A stretch of 61,413 bases of DNA, filler included. It is 7 parts of 7 records of this genome, joined end to end, with 100 filler letters (N's around TTAATTAATTAA, not from the genome) between each part and the next. Parts side by side here need not be neighbours in the genome. Positions count along the whole stretch, not along the records: positions 27,820 to 33,191 come from SRR15195285_730; positions 33,292 to 41,426 come from SRR15195285_738; 5 more parts are not named here. One strand, given 5' to 3'. The translations under genes and the position numbers were made by a program. Shown piece after piece: positions 29,475 to 39,700 of this stretch (its first letter is position 1; each line of letters starts with the position of its first letter). The notes under the pieces were generated by a model that saw only the letters and a list, made by a program, of their open reading frames with translations, was not told where the DNA came from and made no database searches.

Positions 29475-32400
29475 TCACACCGTTGCTTTCAGGCCAACGG
29501 AACTCGCTGTCGGCACGCCCTGCCCTCCACGTGTGTTGTCACAATCCTCTTCGTGGTTTGGTGGTGCCATCGCATCATGTTCCTGCAAGTCTGGAGTACT
29601 GCTGGTATCGCTACGCAGCTGTGCGTACTTATCAGTGCGACGCCAGCGTGCCTGCTTGCATGCATCAAAAGCAAGGCTGAGTTGGTTCATCGTCGTACTT
29701 CGATGGCGCCGATAGATTTGCATGGAGATAATGAGAGTCAAGCCCAACGTGGACCAGCCTGCAAACGTTGAGTCAGCCGTCTGGGCCACCAGTGCCAGGC
29801 AAGCGAGTGATATGGCTTCATGACACTGATGCCGCAGGTGCCGATAAGGTTGACATACCGCGAGGGTCACCAGCGAGAGCAGCAACGTTGTCACTGCTGG
29901 CGTTTGACCTGGGACGTACCAACGAGGCAGGTCAAACGGTGTCGAGGAACCATCTGCTGCGAGTGCGCAGAGTACCAACGAAAACTTTCGGATCGCGTCG
30001 AGCACAAACCATACGCCGGCCGCCCATCCGGGACGGTACAGCTCCGGTAGTAACGCTGGATGCAGAGTTCGGGCCGGATGGATTGCGTCGTCGATGTCGT
30101 GTCCAGGCTGTGCTCTCCAGCATCCCCAGCAAACGATCATATCAGGGATGCCAATGCCGAAGAACAGGAGCACACAGGCTCCAAACACCCATGCACATCG
30201 TGCTTCCGAAGTGATGAAGAACTGTACGGACGGGTCTCCTTGCAGGAGCAAGGACTCCCTCGTGTTGGGGTCCCAGGGCGAACTCCGCGGATCCCAGGGT
30301 GAGCTCCGCGGTAAGACCACAGCCAGGGCGCTCCTGCCGATGGGCAACCAACAGAACTGGTAGATCAGGCCAGCACAACGCCATCCATGAGCTTTTGCGC
30401 GATCGGCTGCGGCGGGTGCAACCACACAGCAAGATGGTAAAATTGCGTAGAGCGCATGGCGTTTTGCAATCGATCCTGGCGGGTCAAGTTTGCACGACGT
30501 CCCAACATTTCGACAGCAGCAGCAACAACAGTAGCAGCTGCTGCTGGACGCATTGTCATCCTTTCCAGACGCCTCCACGACACCGTTATCGCCGTCGTCC
30601 TCATCCTCGCCACTCTCAGACTCAGTGGCCGGCTGTACGCCTTGGCTCTCCTCGCCATCTGAATCGGAATCAAAGGTGATAGCTGCAGACCTGGCGTGCA
30701 GTGATTCTAGCCTCTCTGTCTCTGGGCTTCGGAGCGATCGATTTGCGGCCCATTCTTGAGCTTCTCGCTGTACCACCTCAAGGTGGTCTGCATCACTGGC
30801 AGTCGTGCTCACGCTGCTGCTGCGGTGGCGGGCGGGTGGTCCAGAAACTCTTCCTAGATCCTCGGTGTCATCGCTAGTTGCAGCACTGCTTTGCCGCGAA
30901 GATGACCTTTGAATCGCACAGCCCAGCCAGCATCCGAGGGTGACCAGGAGAGGCATTACCACTGTAGTTATGTAGACGCTGCCAAGAACTCCCACGGCAA
31001 AAGGCGGTGGGCACTGCAGTGGTTCACACGGGTGAACAGCGTGATACGGGTAGCGCTCCGGCTTAACATCGAACGACAGCGCGTCTGAGGTGATGACGAC
31101 GAAATTGTGAATGTAGTCACGCAGATGAGACCCTGGAGTGTACCACCACTCGCTATCTTTTGGAGGAAAGTTCAGCAGCTGCACCGTCTGATAAAAGAAC
31201 CCAAGAGTCCCCAGCGCTGCAGCCACATCAGTGGACAGTGAGGACACCTGCAGTTGTTCTGGGCCTGGCGATAGGTCTTCTGTCTGTACCGCCAGAGAAA
31301 TCCTGTATTCGGGAGAGTCGACATCCAGTGAAACCGGGCGCGCAGCGACGGAGATCAACAGGCCAACCAAGATGCAGATGAATGCTGTCGCGTACGCCGG
31401 CAACCAAGACCCTAATTCACAACAGCGACCAGTGGGCATCTTGTGCGCGCCATCGACGCACTCTGCGCAGAGTCTTCCGGTGTGCAGCACCGCGCAGAAA
31501 TGCGGCGGGTCGCCACAGCTGAGCTGTAGCGTCGAGTTGTACAAATGCTCGACGTCTCTTTCGTCTGCTTTCGCTTCCAGCTCAAGATCAGCGGACCATC
31601 CGAGGCAGTAGTCTGCGGGACACACGAGCTCTGCCCTGCTCAGCGCCATTTCAGCATTTTCCATCCAGAATCCCGGCCGGGGGAACAGAGGGGCGATGCC
31701 ATCAGCTGAGAGATCACCGCCGGGACAAGCACCAACGAACCCAGGCCGTGCCGGACATTTCGCGCACTCGCTCACGCTGCCGTAGTAGCCTGGCTTGCAC
31801 GTGCACGCACCGCCATTTGCAGCCTCGCGTTCAGTGTCCTCACACGTCTGACACGTTACGCCGTCTCCGTACAGAGGCGCAGGACAGACGCTGCACCGCA
31901 GTGAGAACTTTTCGTACGTACAGAATCGACCAATGCCACATGTGGTCGGGGGATGGGCGCTGCAATCCGCAAGGGTGCCGTCCAATTCGACGCAGTGCGC
32001 TGCAAGCGGTCTAAACTCCGTGTCGACGATCAGGGTGGAGAGCGGCGAGCGCACGCGAACGGCACTGCCAATTGGAACAGCAGCCGTGGCCGTGTTGTTT
32101 GAGAAATTGCAGGACGTCACAGACAGGGTGGATTGCTCAGCGTCGATTGCGCCGCCTTCCTCTGCGCTATTGCGTACAAAAACGGCCTGCGTGACAGTGA
32201 GCACGGCGCCACGCGTGGCGTGTAGCGCAGCCCCGTGCATTTGCGCTACGTTGCTCAAGAACGTCGACGAGTCGACGGCCACGCTGGCATCGTTCCCAGC
32301 GTGGACGGCGCCGCCGAACTGCGCAACATTGTGCTCGAACACGGTATGTTCGATGCGCACTGAGCTCCGCGGCCCGATCCAGATAGCCCCACCGGTGTGA

Positions 32401-32858
32401 TCGGCGCGATTTTCGACGAACGCTGAGAGCGCGACCGTCAGGTCGCTGCCATCATGCGCCGCGAGTGCGCCGCCGTGCCAGTCCGCGAGCCCTTGCATCC
32501 GCGTTCGCTGCAGCACCAGCACCGCGGAGGACTCCACGCTGATCCGCGACGGGAACGCCGCGCCGCGTGCCGTCACCGCGCCTGCACTGGCGCCCTGAAT
32601 CAGCCATTCCGACCCCGAGACCAGCACGAACGAGCCGTCTCCATCCATCTCACTCGGCCACTCCAGCTCCTCATCATCACCTGCGACGCACTGCAGCAGC
32701 TGCTGCCGCCGTGGGGCCCTCGCTTCCGCCGGCTGCCCCTCACCGCAGCGTGGCACGGATGAGCTCTCCGCGGCCGCGCTGCTGGCGCGGAAGAGGCAGC
32801 AGAGGCTGCAGCACAGCAGCGCAAGCAGGCCCATCGCCGTGCCCATCGCTGTGCCCAT
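29475..32858 (-). CDS. Signal peptide, polymorphic-membrane-protein-like beta-helix repeats, Cys-rich stalk and multi-TM region (adhesin/receptor-like), intronless
   Basis: LLALLCCSLCCL signal; repeated FxxNxA..GGA(I/V/L); CxxC repeats; CAVLHTGRLCAEC; about 7-9 hydrophobic segments. Start is one of three ATGs in an MGTA tandem. Confidence 0.85.
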   Translation of the reverse strand: MGTAMGTAMGLLALLCCSLCCLFRASSAAAESSSVPRCGEGQPAEARAPRRQQLLQCVAGDDEELEWPSEMDGDGSFVLVSGSEWLIQGASAGAVTARGAAFPSRISVESSAVLVLQRTRMQGLADWHGGALAAHDGSDLTVALSAFVENRADHTGGAIWIGPRSSVRIEHTVFEHNVAQFGGAVHAGNDASVAVDSSTFLSNVAQMHGAALHATRGAVLTVTQAVFVRNSAEEGGAIDAEQSTLSVTSCNFSNNTATAAVPIGSAVRVRSPLSTLIVDTEFRPLAAHCVELDGTLADCSAHPPTTCGIGRFCTYEKFSLRCSVCPAPLYGDGVTCQTCEDTEREAANGGACTCKPGYYGSVSECAKCPARPGFVGACPGGDLSADGIAPLFPRPGFWMENAEMALSRAELVCPADYCLGWSADLELEAKADERDVEHLYNSTLQLSCGDPPHFCAVLHTGRLCAECVDGAHKMPTGRCCELGSWLPAYATAFICILVGLLISVAARPVSLDVDSPEYRISLAVQTEDLSPGPEQLQVSSLSTDVAAALGTLGFFYQTVQLLNFPPKDSEWWYTPGSHLRDYIHNFVVITSDALSFDVKPERYPYHAVHPCEPLQCPPPFAVGVLGSVYITTVVMPLLVTLGCWLGCAIQRSSSRQSSAATSDDTEDLGRVSGPPARHRSSSVSTTASDADHLEVVQREAQEWAANRSLRSPETERLESLHARSAAITFDSDSDGEESQGVQPATESESGEDEDDGDNGVVEASGKDDNASSSSCYCCCCCCRNVGTSCKLDPPGSIAKRHALYAILPSCCVVAPAAADRAKAHGWRCAGLIYQFCWLPIGRSALAVVLPRSSPWDPRSSPWDPNTRESLLLQGDPSVQFFITSEARCAWVFGACVLLFFGIGIPDMIVCWGCWRAQPGHDIDDAIHPARTLHPALLPELYRPGWAAGVWFVLDAIRKFSLVLCALAADGSSTPFDLPRWYVPGQTPAVTTLLLSLVTLAVCQPYRHLRHQCHEAISLACLALVAQTADSTFAGWSTLGLTLIISMQIYRRHRSTTMNQLSLAFDACKQARWRRTDKYAQLRSDTSSTPDLQEHDAMAPPNHEEDCDNTRGGQGVPTASSVGLKATV

Positions 32859-33191
32859 CGAGATGAGAGTACACAAAACGGCTTTACGGCCACGTCGGAA
32901 GCTCCCCTGTTTTCCAGCAATTTGGGATCAATACACGGCGGAATTATCTCATATCATCACGTATGACGTTGAAATGTAGGATTCCTGTAGCAGAAAGGAT
33001 AATCGGCCACGGGAAAGTCGGTAGCGTTGGCAGGAACAGAGTCTCGATTAAAAAATTCACCTCGTCGATGCCCTCCGGTTTGATTCGTAATGCCATCGTC
33101 TGCCGCCGCTCAATCTCGGATCTGCTTCACGTCAGGCTAATTTCAGTAGGGACAATTTACAAATTGAATGAAAAGCAGCGACTCGAGGCGG

Positions 33192-33291
33192 NNNNNNNNN
33201 NNNNNNNNNNNNNNNNNNNNNNNNNNNNNNNNNNNTTAATTAATTAANNNNNNNNNNNNNNNNNNNNNNNNNNNNNNNNNNNNNNNNNNNN
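33192..33291. other. Synthetic contig linker
   Basis: N44-TTAATTAATTAA-N44. Confidence 0.98.
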
Positions 33292-33429
33292 TCTGCAAAA
33301 TCAAGCGCCGGTGTAGGGTGTACTGAGAATCGACCTGTGGGATCGAGTCATCTCCCCACAGGCGCGGCCAGGACCATACCCGGATTCATAATATCGCGCG
33401 TTGGAATTCCTAGTGGTATGCGAAGTAAA

Positions 33430-33462
33430 CCAGTGTCTCCGGGTGGTCCGCGGAGTCTGCTG
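33430..33462 (+). repeat. Dispersed repeat motif, copy 2
   Basis: CCAGTGTCTCCGGGTGGTCCGCGGAGTCTGCTG matches 27678-27710. Confidence 0.75.
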
Positions 33463-33782
33463 CTGCTAGGGTGCCCGCTCATGGTGGTGCTAGCAGCGCG
33501 CCGTTGCGCCGGCGCAATGAGTGTAAGCCAAATACTATCTCTCTTCAACCGACCCACACGAATGTGAGTCATGCACACTGGGTTCAAGTGGAGCAACCTA
33601 CGCAGTCGTCGTTTTTGTTGCTGTTGTTGCAAGTGTTAGTACATTAGTTGTCACAGTGTCTGGAGATACATTGCTTAGACTCGCATCGCAATCGTCTGTT
33701 TTTTGAGCTGGCAGGTTGAAATTGATGCTCGACGGAAACAGCGGAAAGCTCGTGTTCCATTGATCACCCACAAAGCGCCTGG

Positions 33783-36700
33783 CTAACGCCCACCATCCGC
33801 CTGTTCCATGGCCTCTGCAAGAGCCTCTGCTTCTATGGCAGCGATTTCCTTTCGTCTTTCATTTTCGCGGAATGACGCGTCGCTCATCTCGTCGGAAAAG
33901 CGTCTGCTGCGGCGACTCGACCTATTCTCCCTGTCCATACGATCGCGTTCCCGCGCAGTCCCAGACGTCTCGCGTTCTCGGAAACTGTCACTGTCCGAAT
34001 TGCGTCGAGCGCGGGAGCTGCGCGAGAGGATGGATCCACCGGAAGACTGCGCGCTTTTTGAGACCTTGAAGCTGCCCTGGGAACCAACTGACCCACCACT
34101 ATCGACAGCGTTGCTGCGGCGAGAACGCACGGAACTGCCACCACCGACATTGAGAATCGAGCGCGTGGAACTGCTAGAACGAATGTTGCTGCCGGCAGTG
34201 GCAGCAGGCTTGGCTCTGAGCACACGACGGAGGTCCAATTTGCCGCCACCCTTCGCTTTCGCTTTTGCAGTAGAGCCGAGCGCAAATGTGGAGCTCGAGG
34301 TCTGCCCACTTCGCCCACCGGTGTCATCGACGCTGCCCCTCAGGTAGTTCGAGCCCGAGTTCCCTTGCTGCAGAGACTCCAACGCTGCCCGATACTTCCA
34401 AGAGGAGTTAGAACGCAAGTCACCGTCGTCGTACCTGCCACCCCGGCTGACAGAGTTGCTAGTCAACTTCGAGGCACCGCCAGCACTACTGCCGCTGGAG
34501 AGGATTGACTTAGAGCGCAGTGCTGGGTCGCCGACCTTGAAACTTCCCGACTTAAAGCTCCCACCTGAGCGATACGAATCGCCTCCAGAGCGAAGCGTGT
34601 TGGCCCTGAAGGATCCCTGTGCTGAGAAGCTACCGTCTGAGTTGAAACTTCCTGCAGACTGGAGGCTACCGGCCCGAAAACTACCTCCTGATCTAAAACT
34701 ACCGGACCTAAAGCTGCCGCCGGAGCGGAACGACTCACCACCTGCACCAGACCTAAAACTCTGGCCACCTGAGACGAACGATCCGCCGCTGGGTGCTTTG
34801 AAAGAACCACCAGCTGAGACGAACGAACCACCGGACTTGATTGAGTCAGAGCGCAGAGAGCCCGCGCCGTCAGAAGAGTCATCACCTCTGTCTTCTCCCC
34901 TTCCATGTACAGCCTCCCGCATGGCAAACTCAAAGCGTCTCTGCTCAAGCAGAGACATGCCCATCTCACTCAGGTCTTCTGTTGAGATGTGCGCCAAATC
35001 ATCTGGACTGCGGGCTCCGATTCGATGGAACTCTCCAGCGTAGTGCTCGAGCCGCACCTCTGCAAGAAACAATGCAACATCCCTGAATGAGCCGCTGCCA
35101 TCGATCTGAGATCTGACACCGCCCTGTTCCTCACCACGTTCGCGATATGAACTGACCTTGCGATCTTCTCCTGTCTTCGTGGTCTTCGAGAAATTGACTG
35201 ACTTCGAGCGCAAAGAACTGGATTTGACATTCCGCAGCGATCCCGACTTTATATTGCGTAGCGACCCTGATTTCAGAGAGCCTGATTTAAGTGACGAGGC
35301 GCGTAGTGAAGAAGCTGGAAGATGGCCGCTTGAGCGTGATCGGGTGGAGTCCGAGCTTAAGTCGGCGCTGTGTCGCCGTACTCCATCGTCACTCCACTCT
35401 TCGTAGCTGTTCGAGCGCAAGTGACTAGATCCACACATGCTTATGATAACAAGCAGCGCGAGCTCGATGACGACGCGTAATGCTACAGCTACAGCGATGA
35501 CAATAGATGAACCTGCTTCAATCTGATCCTCGGTTGATAGCAAGAGGTCCAGCGCTGTAGTGACGCACACAGCAAACAGTGAAAGTAGACACGCCAGCGA
35601 CACACACCACCGCGCTCGTAAGGCAATTTTAAGTGCACCTGTAGCGTCGGCGACTGGCTTGTCGTATCCATCGTCCTTATAGTCTGGATGAATTTTGGCG
35701 ACTGTGGCTGACCAGCCGCCACCCACGAGCATTTGGCGAATTGGCGTCACTGTCAAATCTGCCAGGGCAAACTCAATCACTGCCACGATCGCTCCGGCCC
35801 ACCAGCTCGCTGTAGCAGCGATGATTGGTGGAATGAGCACAGACCCACAGATGATCAACGTGATCTCGAACGCAAGCGCGGTCAAGTGTACGGATCGATA
35901 CGCGCAGCTCACGTTGACTGTGCAGCACAACGCGAATGGAACTGAGGCTTTCGCGAGCGAATCTGCGCGTCTTCTTGCAACGCATGAACGTGGACGCAGA
36001 GCCAGTGTGCCAATTGCACGAAGATGGATGCTGAAAACGACAAGTATCGCTGCAGCTACGGCACACAGCAGCAGCAAAAGAGCACATTGGAATGCAGAGA
36101 AGGTTTCGGCCTCGGTGGAGTCATCAACGAGGCCCTCGTCATTCTTCGCAACATTCAAGCTGACAGTAGTGCTGTCTTGAACAGGCAAAGCAACATAACT
36201 TCCTATCGAGGCGAAAGAACAGCGAAGCACCTCCGAGCTTAACCTCTCCGAGCTAGTCGAAGCTTCAATTTGCCAGATTCCCGTTGAAGCGTTCCACGAC
36301 CCGCAGCCAAGGGTGACGTTCTGTGATGACGCGAAGATCTGCATGTCCAGACGGACTCTATCAGATGAACGCCGGCCAACGAGAGCTCGGTCCCCGATGT
36401 TCAATGAAAACACGGAAGAACCGAAAAGAGTGCCCTGTTCCGGGTTTGTCTGTTGTGGAAAACTGTCTGATTTCCACTCAATTAGAGACGAATGAGCTCC
36501 GTCACTATCAACGATGTTTTCTGCTGAATCCGCTGAATCCAGAAGACGCGCAGGTAAACTGAATGTGCTTGTTGCGGTACGGGGGTAGACCTGTATTGCA
36601 ATGGCGAACAGACGATGGTCTTGCTCAAACGCCACCTCTCCAGCAACGCGCTGTGATCCCACTGCCGCACCGGTTTTATGCAGAGCAGCCTCACACCTGA

Positions 36701-39700
36701 GTAGGGTTGCTCTCAGCGTATCCTGGTCACTTGCATACAAGACCGCTGACGCTGCAATTGCACTGTGCATCGATGATAGTATGCTGCCAGCCGTTGCATC
36801 ATTCATGCTATAGTCTCCGTGTGACAGATCTTCACAAACTGACACTGTCGTCATGACCGATGTAGCATCAAGCTCGATGCTGACAGTTGTTATGCTCGCC
36901 AGAGTCTGTGCAAGCCGTTCTGCAATATCCGATGTCACAGTTTGCGTTTCAGTCAAGCTCCGTAGATTTTCTACCAGCAAGCGGCGCGTCGACGTAAAGT
37001 CTTCAATGTTATCCTCGGCCTCCGTAAATACACAGCCGCTCGGACATGTGGTTGAGGGTTCGACAGCATCGCCAGGGATATATCCAGTCGTGCAGTCGAA
37101 TACTATCGCAGTACAAGTTTCACCAGCATCAGTCCGCGTTAGACTACAGGTCGGCGGACAGCTAGTCGATGGACTTTCTGCGGTGCCTGGGATGTACCCT
37201 GTGCAAGAATCCACTTCGCAAGTCTCAGCGGACTCTGCAAGCCGCCTACGCGTTCCAGCATGGTTCAGGGTGTCGGCTATAGATTGCACAATCTGGGCGG
37301 ATTTCTGCACGTCTCCCTGAGCACTTGCACCATCCAGCAAGCGCGTTGCAAGCGACTCTATTGTGCCCGTGCCGGCCTGAATCGGAGACACGCTGACCGA
37401 CCCGACAGCTGAACTCCGACTGCCATACATATCTTCAGCTTCGACAAATGCAGGATACGATCCTGCGCTGCTCACATCTCCAGGAGGAAGCAGGCTGCCT
37501 ACCTGTGACAATCGTTGGAAGTCCGACAAATACCTGATTGTGTCATGCGACCCGTAGCCAAACCGGTACGACAACGGCCGGTCTTCATCGTAGAAATCAG
37601 TCGCACGAATGGTGAAAACGGTCACCAGTGCAGTGCCTGCAGTCGGCTCTACGACAGCAACGCCCGCAGATGGTGGTTCGTTCACTTCAATTGTCAGTTG
37701 GGAGTACCCTTGCACCATGCCTGTAGTTGCGGTAAGCTTAAAACAGTACACATTCCCCGGTTGCAGCACATAGGGCTGCAAAACAAGGTTCGTAGCTGAT
37801 CTTTCTGTCAGAAGCGAATCATCCCCTAGCACCAGATACGCACAATCATCGCTGTCCGGCCAACTCCAGTAGGAAGTGTATTCAAGGCCACGAGTGGTAA
37901 TGTCTCCTTGCAGGGTGAGTTTCTCATCATTGTTGACCTTCGTGTGGAGCTGATCTCGAACTGTAATGCCAACACTTGGTGGCACCCATCCCACCTTTGT
38001 TATGAACACAGTTGCCGAAGCAGACCTGCCCTCGTTGCTTACAATCACTGAAAATTCGTATGTGGAATCAGTGTCGGACAATTCTTGAGCATCGATTTCC
38101 CATATCTCAGAGAAGCCGAGCTCAGAGGTGTCGAAGCAATCTCGGCCATCATCTTTTTTGCATGTCCAAGCAAAGGATAGGGTAGCGTCCTCCGCAGCAG
38201 CTGGATCATATGACGTACTGGCATCAAGAGAAAACACCTCATCGTAGCCGACGAGCCTCCGAGTACCACCCGTGATACTGGCAATCATGGGTTCTGGTTT
38301 GCATGTCAGGACGACTGAATCAATGCTAGTAGTCACAACGTTGTTGCTAGTACGGTGGTGAGCCTGTACTTGTACCACATTAGACAGGCCTCGCGCTAGC
38401 TTGCCACGCGAGATATATAGCGTTGTGGTAGTCTCGTCCTGTTGCCTGTCTGAGTTGATATACCACACCAACTCGAGGCGGCCTTCGGACCGGCATGTGG
38501 GGAGGTTAGCTGTTGCATGCAGCAATACTGGCTGTGAGCATCGGACTTCCATCGGAGACGGCCCTTGTATAGACACCAGTGGGACGTCCTTAGCTATTCT
38601 GCGAACCGAATGAGAAGTTGTATCTTCTAGTTGCAGGACTGGATCGAAAATAGTCAGATAGAAGGTCAGATCCTGCCCTCGATCAAGATAGTTTACGTGC
38701 AAGTTGGGCCACTCGCTTGTTGGCAGCACCAACCGCAATGACCCTGTTGCGTTCAATAGAATTTGTTCCATACCAGGGAACACTGCTCCATCTGGTGTAT
38801 CCCAGCTCCATTGGGTTGTAAGCGACGAGGTTGAGCTTGCGCCCCCACTTGATGTTGAACCGTCCAGCTCAATAAAATCAACACACGGGCGACGGTCTGA
38901 GCCGTGACTGAGTTGATCTGGTCCGATGATGACAGCGGATGGATGCACTGGATCAGTCGGTGCCCGGATCGTCAATGTTCCCCACAAGGCATGTTCGATT
39001 GGACCCGAGAGAGTCTCTTGATAGATGGTCCATATTGTGCACGGTTGAAGAACAAATTCATCGTTGGGATAGATGTGCCCGTCAACTCCCACAGAGATCC
39101 TCAACGTGTTGGCAGATTCTTGGTGCTCACATAGGGCCTGGCTCCCGAGCGCGACTTCAGGCGACAGACTGATCCCATGACGAATGATGCGTTGCAGCAA
39201 GGCCACACATGTCGAGAGTGCTGGCCCATCCACTAGATCTCGGGTATGGCCGTCAATCGCAAAATCTACAGTCCTGAGTGACGGTGCCAAATGGGCTTCC
39301 ACTGCGATTGCCGTTTCAGCACTCTGTTCACCTGACTCACATGTCGCACAGGTACGGCCGCTATAACCAGTGACACACGAGCAAACGAAACGTTCAACCG
39401 AAGCTCCCATTCCTTGAGTGCACGCCCCAGCATTCAAACACGGCGCATCTGCGCACTCATCAATGTCCTCTGCACAGTTGTCGCCTTCGAATCCGGAGGT
39501 ACAGCTGCATGAATACGTGTGCTCGTCGTCATCGTCTACACATTCGCCAGAGTTTTCGCAAGGCATGGATGTACAGTAGTCAATATTTACCGTGCAGCTC
39601 GGCCCAGTCCAGCCAGGGTCGCATCGATTGAAGGCGTCACTGCCGCACTGTTCAGGGTCTTGGCAACAGCCCTGAGAATCATCACAGAAGTACACGCAAG

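Noticed and set aside
32963-33191. Short ORF running into the linker
   Set aside because: No motif; closed only by the artificial stop; probably non-coding.
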